Of a stretch of DNA of 64,000 nt, positions 38,369 to 48,102 are shown one piece after another. Source of the stretch: an uncultured candidate division Zixibacteria bacterium (GTDB taxonomy: Bacteria > Zixibacteria > MSB-5A5 > GN15 > FEB-12); contig CAWDXE010000004.1 of assembly GCA_963806185.1 (NCBI GenBank), positions 320,001 through 384,000 on the forward strand, written 5' to 3'. Positions within the stretch are counted from its first letter, which is position 1. The number at the start of each line of letters is the position of its first letter. The notes beneath the pieces were generated by a model. The model did no database searches and was not told the DNA's origin. It worked only from the letters and a program-made list of their open reading frames with translations. A program made the translations under genes and the position numbers.

Positions 38369-40675
38369 TTGGAAGTCCTGACCCTTATAGACAAGGTTAA
38401 AAACTACGACGGAAAGCGACCGGCCAAGCTCAAGCCGAATCAGCCGCTGGAAGAGTACTCGGGGAAGACGCCGGACGAATTGCGGAACATGCTACGCACG
38501 ATGCTCAAGGCTCGTCGCGTCGAGCGCGAGGAGAAGCTGTTATTGCGCAAGGGGTACAACCGGTTCTTTATCGGCTGCGGCGGCAAGGAACTCATCGATG
38601 TCTGTCTGGCCGACGCCTTCCGCCCGAATGATCCGATGTTGCGGCTATTATCGCAACAAGGCGTTCGATCTGTACCGGGGCTCGACACTGTGGGACAAGA
38701 TGCTCGAGGCGATCGGCGATCCCCGGTCGCGCAATCAGCGGACAGCAGATTCCGGCCCATCCCGGCTATCCTGATCTGGCCATCATTCCGCAGGCCTCGC
38801 CGACCGGCGCGCACGCTCTGGAAGCCTCCGGGTTGGCCGAAGCGATTGCTGCATCCAGTGACCGATTTCCCAACAGGCGCCGATTCCCGGTGGTGCGTAT
38901 CCTGCGCGATGCGGTGACGTTCTGCTGTATCGGCGAAGGGTCGACCTCCGAAGCCGAGTTCGCTCGTGCCGTCTTTTACACGGCGTTTTACAAGACCCGT
39001 TCGATTTTTGCGATCTACAATTGTGGCTGGGCTATTTCAGTGTCGGTGGAGGAGCAGTTCCCCGAAGGGGATCCGACCACACCGTTTGAAGGGTATCAGC
39101 GGTTTGGGCTGAAAATCATGCACGTCGACGGTACTGAAGTCAAAGAAATGCTGGCCAAGGCGCAGGAAGCGGAAGCCTACGCTCGCTCCGGTCAGGGCCC
39201 GGTGCTGATGGAAGTGTCAGCGTCACGCGCGAAGGCTCGCATTCCGGCTCCGACGACCAGTCGTTCTACATGGATCCGGTCGAGCAGGACTGGCATACCT
39301 ATAACGACTGCATTCTCAAGACCTGCAATACGTTTATCGAAGATGGCATTATCACGCCGAACGAGATCGGCGAGATTTGGGATGAACTCGATAAGGAGGT
39401 GACCGAGTTGTCGCAGAAGGCAGTGGCCGACGTTCACACCGAAGACGACCGAGTTCGTGAAGAGTCTGGTCTGACGTACGATTTTGAAGAGGCCAAGAAG
39501 ACGTGGAAGAAATACCGGGATGCCTCGCAAGATCGATCGGGCCGAGCAAGTTCAAAGAATATCATCACAAGGGGTATTTCGCGACTCCGGAACTGCCGGA
39601 AAATATCGGCCCGATGACGATGCGGTTCGCGATCAATTACCAGCTCTTTGATCTGTTCGGGTTGACCGAAGACGTCCTGCTGTTCGGCGAGGATGTGGCC
39701 GATTTCTCCGGTCACATGATCGAAGAAAAGGAAAAGCAGGCCAAGCTGAAGGGGAAGGGGGGCGTCTTCCTCGTTTCCAAGAATCTTCAGCGTGAATTCG
39801 GCAATGACCGGTGTTTCAATACACCGCTGGATGAGGCCGGCATTCTCGGCCGGGCGGCCGGCCACTGTCTACCAGGGGCGTCGCCCGATGCCGGAAATTC
39901 AGTTCCTGGACTACATGTCGCCTGCGTATCAGATACTCAAGGACAAGATCGCCACGACTTACCAGCGTTCCGGCGGACTGTTCAGGATGCCGATGGTGAT
40001 CCGCACAACTTACGGCGGCTACAAGCAGGGGGCCGGAGCCTTCTGGCATTCCGAAGGCAATCTCGGCACCTGGATGAATATCCCCGGTCTTTTGATCGCT
40101 GTTCCGTCGAACGCCTACGATGCGGCCGGCTTGCTGAAGACCGCGTGGGCGAGTGACGATCCGGTGCTCTTCTGCGAATCGGTTGCGCTTTACAATCGCC
40201 GTGACTGGGAAGGAGTGCCGATTGAGACGAATTATCCGCCGATATCGATGAACTGATTCCGTTCGGTGTGGCCAAAGTCTACCATGAGGATCACACTGAT
40301 ATCGGCATCATCACTTACGGTGCGACTTTCCAGATGTGTCGCAAAGCGGCGGAAGTGCTCAAGGAAAAGGGCATTCACGTTCGCATCGTCGATCTCCGTA
40401 CGGTCAAGCCGATGGACGAAGCGACCATTTTGCAGACCGCCAAGGATTGTGGCAAGGTGATGGTGGTCACTGAGGATCGGTTCCTCGGCGGTTCGGCGGC
40501 CACGATTGCATCGGTGATCACCAGCGGAGAAGGGCTCTTCCATCTGGAGGCGCCGATCAAGCTGGTGACCGCCATTGACGCTCGAGTGGCCTATGGCGTC
40601 GACGGCGACGAAGCATGTTTGCCGACAGTCGGGAAGATCGTGGCGGCGTGCGAAGAGCTTCACGATCGCTACTAA
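38369..40675 (+). CDS. 2-oxoacid dehydrogenase E1 alpha/beta fusion (many apparent frameshifts)
   Basis: GEGSTSE...N.GWAIS TPP motif; FGEDVA, FNTPLDEAGI, PEIQF.DY, PSNAYDAAGLLK, IVDLRTVKPMD. Confidence 0.88.
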
Positions 40676-40700
40676 ATCCATCTTGTTTACCGATGATGAC

Positions 40701-40737
40701 ACGCCATTGGTGGAGACGCCAGTGGCGTTTTTCTTTT
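40701..40737 (+). terminator. rho-independent terminator
   Basis: ACGCCATTGG...CCAGTGGCGT stem then TTTTCTTTT. Confidence 0.7.
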
Positions 40738-40873
40738 GATCAAAAGGCCTTGCATGGCACTCAGAGGACAGAGTACTTTATAGGAACCTCACACGACCAA
40801 GGCCCCTGGACCAGGGATGGCCGTCACTCGAGGTTCACAGGGGGAAATTCGGCAATCGATTTTGGAGGTCAGT

Positions 40874-41899
40874 ATGAAACGCGTTGCTCTGCTGTCGGCA
40901 TTGGTTGTCTGCTTGCTGGCGATAGGCTGCTCGGACGGGCCGATGTCGCCGGTCGTCGCTGACTCACAGACGCCGGCCTCAAGCCTGACGGCGTTGGGGT
41001 GGCCAGACAATATGGCTGGTGAGGATCTCAATCCAGCACTCGCGACGGCGAATTGGATGCCCGACGATTCGCTCTGGAAATACGACGTCATCATGGTAAC
41101 AATTGTCTGGGGAAATGCCCTGTCGACCTCGGTGTATCCGAATCCAAACGCACCGCTGGTGGAGTGGAGCGGGGGGTTATGGATCAACGGTGTGGTCTAC
41201 CTTGATCCGCGGATGCTGATTTCGTTTGAACCGGGCCAAGACTCGCTTTTGGTGGGAAACGTTCACCCGCAGATCGGGTGGATTTCGTATACCAAGGGGG
41301 ACATCGACGGGATCACGTTCGCCATGTACGTCGATCGAACAGTCGTGTACGTCGTCGAACCGGAACTGCATTTCGAGACCGTACAGACAAATATCGCCTG
41401 GTCGCTGTCGCGGTTGTACTGTTTCGACAGCCTATACGTCGTCAACAACACCAACCTGGTCGCGATACACTCGCGTCGAGTTGAACAGACCTGCATGCAG
41501 GGATTGATTGCCGGGGACTGGATCAAGGCGGATGCCTCACACGGCACTTTCGAGGGCATCTGGGGTGGGCCGGCGAGCAATCTGCAGGGGCAGTTGAACG
41601 GAAGATTCTGGACCACCGATGAGGGCGATCGTTTGCTGGACGGGGAGTGGATAGACCCGGTGGCGAATGTGGTCGGGGCCATGAAGGGACGATGGGAATA
41701 TCTTGATCCTACCATGTGTCCGCTCTGCGGCGAGGGTCACGGATACCTCAAGGGCACGGTGACATTTCCGGAGGCCACTCGTTTGCCGATTCGACTGGTC
41801 GGAGAGTTTGGGCAGTTTGGCGCCGTGACCGACACCCTGCCTATTCGAGGGAGGTGGCAGACAGTCTGCAACACCGCCTCAGTCAGTTACACCGATTGA
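40874..41899 (+). CDS. hypothetical lipoprotein
   Basis: GGAGG RBS, lipobox LAIGC, repeated G.x.G.W beta motifs. Confidence 0.8.
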   Translation: MKRVALLSALVVCLLAIGCSDGPMSPVVADSQTPASSLTALGWPDNMAGEDLNPALATANWMPDDSLWKYDVIMVTIVWGNALSTSVYPNPNAPLVEWSGGLWINGVVYLDPRMLISFEPGQDSLLVGNVHPQIGWISYTKGDIDGITFAMYVDRTVVYVVEPELHFETVQTNIAWSLSRLYCFDSLYVVNNTNLVAIHSRRVEQTCMQGLIAGDWIKADASHGTFEGIWGGPASNLQGQLNGRFWTTDEGDRLLDGEWIDPVANVVGAMKGRWEYLDPTMCPLCGEGHGYLKGTVTFPEATRLPIRLVGEFGQFGAVTDTLPIRGRWQTVCNTASVSYTD

Positions 41900-41920
41900 C
41901 AGATAACATTAGAGATCGTC

Positions 41921-41949
41921 GAGCGCCTGGTCAGTCCCGGGCGCTTTTT
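41921..41949 (+). terminator. terminator hairpin between convergent genes
   Basis: AGCGCCTGG...CCGGGCGCT then T-tract. Confidence 0.55.
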
Positions 41950-43457
41950 GTTAGGCGCTCGAACCATTGCCGGACACGCCGGTGATCGGCGGCGGAGAGC
42001 ACGTACCAACCACCGACGGAGCCTGCGGCGGCTACCACGACCATTCCCCCAATCAAGAGTGGCCACGTGGTCAGTGAAATCAAACTTCGTACCAAGACTG
42101 CCGCACCACCGGCCAACACAACCGCCCAGAACGTTGTTCGGATCGAGATGGTCAGAATGAATCGGAAGGGAATGTCGACTGTCTTGGATAAGAGATAGGG
42201 AAAGACAATCGTATAGAGTATGAATTGCGGTATGACGGTCGCGAGCGCCATACCCATCGGTCCCATTTTTCCGATCAGAAGCGTCGCCAGGGCGACTTTC
42301 ATAACAGCTTCAACGGCGAGTACTCGCAGGAGGATGTTGTGTTTTCCGATGCCGAACAGAATGGAGTTGCCGATTATCTGCGGAATAAAGACGGCGGAAC
42401 CGAGCGCCAAAACAGCCAACACAGGTGCGGATTCGGCGAAGGCGTCGGGGAGCCACAGGTGCACGAACGGTCCGGCAAAGGCGATCACACCGACCATGAG
42501 CACTACGGCCAGATACGTCAAATAGGACAGTCCGCGCGTGTAGACGCCGCGAACAGCCGCCAGATCGCCCTGCGATTCAAGTTGTGAAATAGTGGCTGTG
42601 AGAGGATTGGCGACGGCGTTGATCAGGTTACGAGCCTGGTTGATCACTTGCATAGCTGGGCTGAAAATTCCTGCGGCTGCTGCCGATGAAAACAGACCGA
42701 GCAGAATAGCATCGCTATTGAAGATCACCATCCAGAGAGCGGTGATCCCAAGAGCCGTTCGACCGTAATCCCAAAGCTCGCGTGCCGCGGCCCGGTCGGC
42801 CAGACCGGGGCTGAAGGTGACCTGGGGAAAAGTGTGGCGGAGCCAGATGATGGATACGACCGAGCGGGCGGCACTTGCGCCGAGAATAATCGCAGCCAGC
42901 GCGGCGAGCCCGCTGCCGCGAGAGAGCGCCAGAACCATCAATGCTGTGCGCACGAGTTCTTCGCACAGTTGAAGCACGTTGCTGACGTCATACCGTTGAA
43001 AGGCGCCTAAGCTGTTGGCGAACGGAAACAGCCAGAGTCGAAGCGCCATGTAGGCCCCGAGAAGAAGCAGCGCCTGACGGCCTTCCTCTCTAAGCAGCGG
43101 ATCAGCGATCTTAAAATACTGGAAGCCGAATGTTGTCACGGCCCAGGCAGCCAACAGCACCAGCGCACCCAGCAGAGCGTAGAGCAGGGAAGAAGTGTTG
43201 AGCAGGCGGTTTACCTGTGGGAAATCATCGAGACCGAGGGCACGCGAGATCAACCGGACCAGCGCCCGTTCAAGGCCGAAATCCAAGAGCGAAAGGTAGG
43301 TTACGGTTTGAAGCGCGATAACCCAGACGCCATACCGTTGATCTCCCAATGCGGACGTGACGTAGGGCACGAAGAACAGGGCGACCGCGAGGCGGACGGC
43401 ATAGAGAGTCCATGAGGAGAAAATATTGCGTTCAAGTTGGGCACGCAGCGATCGCAC
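41931..43457 (-). CDS. oligosaccharide flippase (Wzx/MOP family)
   Basis: Many TM segments; LG...YGVW, LLDFGL, DAILLG, AAGIF patterns. Confidence 0.85.
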   Translation of the reverse strand: MRSLRAQLERNIFSSWTLYAVRLAVALFFVPYVTSALGDQRYGVWVIALQTVTYLSLLDFGLERALVRLISRALGLDDFPQVNRLLNTSSLLYALLGALVLLAAWAVTTFGFQYFKIADPLLREEGRQALLLLGAYMALRLWLFPFANSLGAFQRYDVSNVLQLCEELVRTALMVLALSRGSGLAALAAIILGASAARSVVSIIWLRHTFPQVTFSPGLADRAAARELWDYGRTALGITALWMVIFNSDAILLGLFSSAAAAGIFSPAMQVINQARNLINAVANPLTATISQLESQGDLAAVRGVYTRGLSYLTYLAVVLMVGVIAFAGPFVHLWLPDAFAESAPVLAVLALGSAVFIPQIIGNSILFGIGKHNILLRVLAVEAVMKVALATLLIGKMGPMGMALATVIPQFILYTIVFPYLLSKTVDIPFRFILTISIRTTFWAVVLAGGAAVLVRSLISLTTWPLLIGGMVVVAAAGSVGGWYVLSAADHRRVRQWFERLTKSARD

Positions 43458-43507
43458 GGGGAAATCCTTGTTGTTTCGAATGTTTGGGGAGTATAATGTT
43501 GAGAACC

Positions 43508-44680
43508 ATGAGCAGCAACGTCAATTCATTCGCGAGAAATGCCGGTCAACTTTGCCGGTTTCTATTATTTATCGTCGGTTTGTGCTGGATGCAACTCGAT
43601 CCGGCCGTCGCGGCAGAGCGGCCGTCACTGTTGGGAATCAGCCCCGCGTTTCCGCTTTCAGCCCCGGATTCGACGTTAGCCTCGGCCTACCGTGACAGCC
43701 GGCCAGACTGGCAATCGAGAATTTTTGTTGAGATAGACTCCCTTGGAGAAGCGACGGCCGTGACGATGGACTCCACCATCGATTCTACGGTGGCGCAGAC
43801 GATTCGCGGACGACTGCTGGCGTTACGGTATGCCCCCGGGATGATAGACAGTATGCCGCAGAGGCAGACACTGGTGGTCAGTCTCACTTGTTTTCCCAGG
43901 TCGCGCATGGTCAGCCTCCGTTTCCCGCTGGATACGACCGGCTCACTTTCGGACCATGAACTGCTGGTGGAGACCGCGAAAGCGAACGGTGTGGTGCCGG
44001 CAGGCATCAAGCAATTTCCCTCATTCCATTCCACCTTCAAACGTGAAGATTCCCTTGCCATGTATCCGTACGTACTGCTGGAGGTGAAGCTTGATACGCT
44101 GGGACGACCGCGCGGAGTGACCGTAGTTCGATCTACGCATCCGGCTTTTACCCAGCAGATAGCATCGGCGGCTTATTGGGCCAAATACACTCCGGCACGA
44201 GCAGGGAAGAAGGCGGTGCGTTCGGTCAACTGGCTGCTGGTGTCTTTCTTTCCCCTCGCGAGATATCCGACGTCAGTCCTCACGTCGAAAAGCAAAAGCA
44301 AGCTTCCCCTGCTCGACCAGTTGGGGCTTAGACTCTATCCAGACACGCTCGGGCTGTTGAGCGCGCCGATCGTACACGGGAGACAGGAACTGCGGGTGAC
44401 AGCTCCCGGCATCCACAAGATTGCCTACGGAAATATTGGCGTCATGCTCAGGGTGGATACTTCGGGAGTGATGACCGCCACGAGAATTGGCGATACCCGA
44501 GCCGCGTTAGTGAACGACGTCAATGCGGGGTTACGTCGGTTTCGATTCTACCCAGCCATGGACTTCTCGGGCCAGCCCTGCGGTTATAATGGATTTGCCA
44601 TTCTGGTGTTTGACGGTAGTACGGAAATACGAATAACGAAATCATGGTTACCGGACATCCCGGCGAAGGGAAAGCGGTAA
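43508..44680 (+). CDS. secreted protein with three TonB C-terminal-like repeats (start uncertain, 43496 or 43508)
   Basis: Signal-like N-terminus; three repeats of V.[IVL]D..G ... [RK][YF].P[AG] resembling the local TonB CTD. Confidence 0.65.
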   Translation: MSSNVNSFARNAGQLCRFLLFIVGLCWMQLDPAVAAERPSLLGISPAFPLSAPDSTLASAYRDSRPDWQSRIFVEIDSLGEATAVTMDSTIDSTVAQTIRGRLLALRYAPGMIDSMPQRQTLVVSLTCFPRSRMVSLRFPLDTTGSLSDHELLVETAKANGVVPAGIKQFPSFHSTFKREDSLAMYPYVLLEVKLDTLGRPRGVTVVRSTHPAFTQQIASAAYWAKYTPARAGKKAVRSVNWLLVSFFPLARYPTSVLTSKSKSKLPLLDQLGLRLYPDTLGLLSAPIVHGRQELRVTAPGIHKIAYGNIGVMLRVDTSGVMTATRIGDTRAALVNDVNAGLRRFRFYPAMDFSGQPCGYNGFAILVFDGSTEIRITKSWLPDIPAKGKR

Positions 44681-44936
44681 CCCATTGACTGGTCAAGCAG
44701 TTAGTCCAATACGCTGAATTGGTCCTTAGTTGTCCACGCATAATGTGCGTCGGTCAACAAGACAAGAACGCCGCCCGCGGGCTCTTTTATTCCAGTCAAT
44801 CACTTGTCCCGCAACTATTTAATGTCGATCGCCCGTCCGGCTACCCTATCTGGGCACAACGGTTGTGTCTTGATAAGTGGCTGAAGCGGCGGCGGATAAC
44901 GTGCGCTGTGAGGTCGTAGTTGGGAAGAAAAGGGGA

Positions 44937-45176
44937 ATGCGCATGTATAATGTTCAGAAGTCGGAGTCAATTGAGCAGGTGGCGCGGTGTTTGGATGTCT
45001 GCGCGGGAGTGATAATGGTCATTGCGGGCGTGTATATCGAGCTGACCTTCGGAGACCTCTTCTCGTCTTCGGCGAACGTTCTCCTGATGGGGAGCACGTC
45101 GGCGATCGCGACGATGCAGATGATGTGGCGCAATGTTCTGATCATGCAGAGGGGAGATGCTCTCGCTTCGCTCTAA
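44937..45176 (+). CDS. possible small membrane protein
   Basis: AGGGG RBS, 79 aa, two hydrophobic segments; no recognisable homology. Confidence 0.35.
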   Translation: MRMYNVQKSESIEQVARCLDVCAGVIMVIAGVYIELTFGDLFSSSANVLLMGSTSAIATMQMMWRNVLIMQRGDALASL

Positions 45177-45196
45177 GCGACGGAGGAAATTTGGGC

Positions 45197-45224
45197 TTGA
45201 CTTTAGTGACTGACAATATATTTT
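45197..45224 (+). promoter_or_regulatory. sigma70-type promoter for TPR-exbBDD-tonB cluster
   Basis: TTGACT-16 nt-TATTTT. Confidence 0.45.
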
Positions 45225-45247
45225 GGCACTTTCGTTTAGGATGGGAA

Positions 45248-47188
45248 ATGTATAACTCAAAAGTCGCACGTCTCTCCGGTCCGCTCCTGGTTTTTCTCAC
45301 ATGTTTAGTAGTATTGTCTGCGGCCACCGTGAGCGCTCAGGACGTCAAACCGGAAATCCAGTCAGCCTTGTCATCGGGTGATACGGCCAAAGCTGTGGAA
45401 TTGTTGCAGCAGCAGACGGTCGAAGACAAGACTTACCACATGAATTACTACCTTTTGGGTCGCATTGCCTTCAATAGGGGCGAGCTGGAGAAGGCTAAGA
45501 AGAATTTCGCCGAGGCACTTGACCGCAAGAGCAAGCACTACGAGTCCATGTACTATCTTGGCCGGACGTATCTTGAGCTCGGACTGGTGGACAGCGCTCA
45601 GATTCTGATGGAAGAGGGGCGCAAGAAGGTTCGCGAAAAACACCTCAAGGGCATGTTTGAGAACGGCTACGGCCTGGTCATGATGGCCGCGAAAGATTTT
45701 GCCGAAGCGGACAAAGCGTTTCGCCAGGCTCTGGTTTCCGACTCTACGAACGCCGAATACCATATTAATCTGGGTGACGCCAATTTTGGGCAAGGGGTGC
45801 CGTCGCTTGCGGCGTCGTCGTACGAATCTGCGCTGAAGCTTGATACGGCGTCGGGCGAGGTGTACTATCATTGGGCGGAAGCATGCCTGGAGATGAAAGA
45901 TTATCAATGCGCGATTGAGAAGTTGCGCATTGTGCTGCAGAAAGACTCGACGCACGCAGGCGCCTGGATGCGCGCCGGCGGCATCTTCTTCAAGGCGGCG
46001 CAATCCAGTAAGACGCGCGAAGACCGTGGCGCTCGCTTCAAAGAGACGATTGGCGCCTACAAGAAGTATCTCGAGTTGTCAGGAGCCAAGCCGGATTCCG
46101 CGAGTGTCCGCGCCTACTTTGAACTGGCCATGGCCTATTCCAATCTGGCCGGATACGAAGACGCGGTTGGGTATTTCGAACAAGTCCTTGCGATTCCTTA
46201 CGAGCCGCGCGACATCTATTTCCATTATGGCAAAGCGCTGTGGGGGATCAAGCAGTATGACAGAGCAACGGAGATGCTGCAAAAGCATCAGCAATGGGTA
46301 TCGCAGCAAGGCCCCACCTATCAGTCGAATATCGGGGAAGACGAATTCTATCAGTTGTTGGGCGACACGTATTTCTATCGCAATCCTCGTGACTACGCCA
46401 ACGCCATTACGTATTACCAAAAATCGCTTGACCTCAACGCCAATCAAAAACGGCTGTTGCAGAACACAGGCATCGCCTACCAGTTCATGAAGAGCTATGC
46501 GCAGGCTCTGGGTTACTATGAGAAGCGCATCGCGCTGGGGATCGATTCGACATCGGCGGATGTGTACAAGAACGCCGGTTCCTGCGCCTACATCCTGGCC
46601 GGCAGCAAGGCCACCGGTGATGATCTTGGCCTCGATGACGAGGAAGGCGACACGGCCGGCATGGGCGCGGTGCAGCAGGCGGCGGCCGCTACGGCGGTCA
46701 ACACCAATCGGAATTACTACGAAGTGGCCGTAGAGTACTTCAGCAAATTCCTGGAATATCAGCCTAAAGATCTGAAGGTACTGAATCTGGTGGGCAGCAT
46801 CTACCTCGGTCAGATGAAGGATTGTCAAAAGGGCCTGGCGGCGTATGAACGCTTGTTGCAGGTGGATCCGGGGAACTGTGTGGCCAGGAAATCCCTCGGT
46901 GTCGCTTACCTGGTAGAGATCTGCACCAAGAATTATTCCCGGGCGCTGGGGTATTTCAACGACGCATACGCCTGTCTTGCCAAGAGCGGCGGCGGATGTG
47001 GCGATGTGGAATTGATGCTGTATATTGCGCAGTGCTACCATCTTCGGGCGGCTGAAAAGGGCGCCGAAAAAGCGCAGTCGACTTCTGATTTCAAGAATGC
47101 CAACGACTGGTACAACAAAGTGTTGAAGTGTGAGCCGGGGAATTCCGTGGCCAAAAAGGGTCGCGACGATACCCAGTTCGAATTCTGA
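45248..47188 (+). CDS. large periplasmic TPR-repeat protein
   Basis: Signal peptide (...ATVSAQD), many TPR motifs (YYLLGRIAF..GE.EKA, YHINLGDA), Cys-rich C-terminal TPRs. Confidence 0.9.
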   Translation: MYNSKVARLSGPLLVFLTCLVVLSAATVSAQDVKPEIQSALSSGDTAKAVELLQQQTVEDKTYHMNYYLLGRIAFNRGELEKAKKNFAEALDRKSKHYESMYYLGRTYLELGLVDSAQILMEEGRKKVREKHLKGMFENGYGLVMMAAKDFAEADKAFRQALVSDSTNAEYHINLGDANFGQGVPSLAASSYESALKLDTASGEVYYHWAEACLEMKDYQCAIEKLRIVLQKDSTHAGAWMRAGGIFFKAAQSSKTREDRGARFKETIGAYKKYLELSGAKPDSASVRAYFELAMAYSNLAGYEDAVGYFEQVLAIPYEPRDIYFHYGKALWGIKQYDRATEMLQKHQQWVSQQGPTYQSNIGEDEFYQLLGDTYFYRNPRDYANAITYYQKSLDLNANQKRLLQNTGIAYQFMKSYAQALGYYEKRIALGIDSTSADVYKNAGSCAYILAGSKATGDDLGLDDEEGDTAGMGAVQQAAAATAVNTNRNYYEVAVEYFSKFLEYQPKDLKVLNLVGSIYLGQMKDCQKGLAAYERLLQVDPGNCVARKSLGVAYLVEICTKNYSRALGYFNDAYACLAKSGGGCGDVELMLYIAQCYHLRAAEKGAEKAQSTSDFKNANDWYNKVLKCEPGNSVAKKGRDDTQFEF

Positions 47189-47226
47189 TAGATGATGTCG
47201 GTTTGATTGCTGAGACGGGAGACTAC

Positions 47227-48069
47227 ATGACGGCTGATACGAATAAGGAAGCCAGGACCGGACGGATCTCGGAAGACGACCGTCTGCACTACATCGGCTT
47301 CGAAGTCTTTCCCGGAAAGCCGAAAGATTTGTTTCGCTCCGATGCTGAGAAAGAACAGTTGGTTCAGCAGGTAAAGGCGAAGCGGTCCAAGGGCGAGATT
47401 CTTCGGGAGCAGTGCACACTGCTCGAGGAGCGACTCTCGAAAACAGAGAAGTACGTGCTGAGCGTTGCCTGCGTGGTGGCGTTTCTGGCTCTCTTCCTGC
47501 CCTGGTATTCGGCCTATCGGGAGACAGTGACGGCGGCGGCGCCTACCTCGACTTCGCAGTCGAGTTCACCGCAGGCCGGGACAACCACGAATGACGATGA
47601 AGGCGAACTGATCACCGCCGGTGTTGCGCGCACGAAGGTGACCCGCGTATACGAAACGCTCACGGGGGTCGGCTCTCTGGTGGCGATCGGCTCGGTGGGC
47701 GGGTACTTGTTTTCATCCGGCTTCGGGTTGATGCTGACGGCCATCCTGATGCTTGTCTACACGCTCACCTGCGTTGCGCTGCCGGCCTATACGTTGTACT
47801 GTCTCTGGACGATCAAAGGAACGTCGGCCGATGACGTGGCGGTAAAACTGAAGAATGTTCTTAAGTACAGCTGGGCGCCGGTAGGTCTGTTGGGGCTGGT
47901 GATCGTCCTGTCGTTCCTGGGCGCAAGTTACGGTTTTGACGCCAGCAAGAGTTTCACGAGCATCGGTACCAGTTACGGTATCGGCGCGCTGGTCAGTACC
48001 TTGTCGTACGGTTTGCCGGTGTCACTGGCCGGATTTCTATTGTTGGCATTAAAGGGTGTTGAGATTTAA
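47227..48069 (+). CDS. hypothetical integral membrane protein
   Basis: Charged N-terminal region, then several TM helices; co-oriented within cluster. Confidence 0.8.
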   Translation: MTADTNKEARTGRISEDDRLHYIGFEVFPGKPKDLFRSDAEKEQLVQQVKAKRSKGEILREQCTLLEERLSKTEKYVLSVACVVAFLALFLPWYSAYRETVTAAAPTSTSQSSSPQAGTTTNDDEGELITAGVARTKVTRVYETLTGVGSLVAIGSVGGYLFSSGFGLMLTAILMLVYTLTCVALPAYTLYCLWTIKGTSADDVAVKLKNVLKYSWAPVGLLGLVIVLSFLGASYGFDASKSFTSIGTSYGIGALVSTLSYGLPVSLAGFLLLALKGVEI

Positions 48070-48102
48070 TACGTCTATATAAGAGATAAGAGGAGTGGGT
48101 TT

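Noticed and set aside
44684..44800. 9-bp inverted repeat ATTGACTGG...CCAGTCAAT as MITE ends
   Set aside because: Short, no target-site duplication and no second copy seen; could be chance or a protein-binding site
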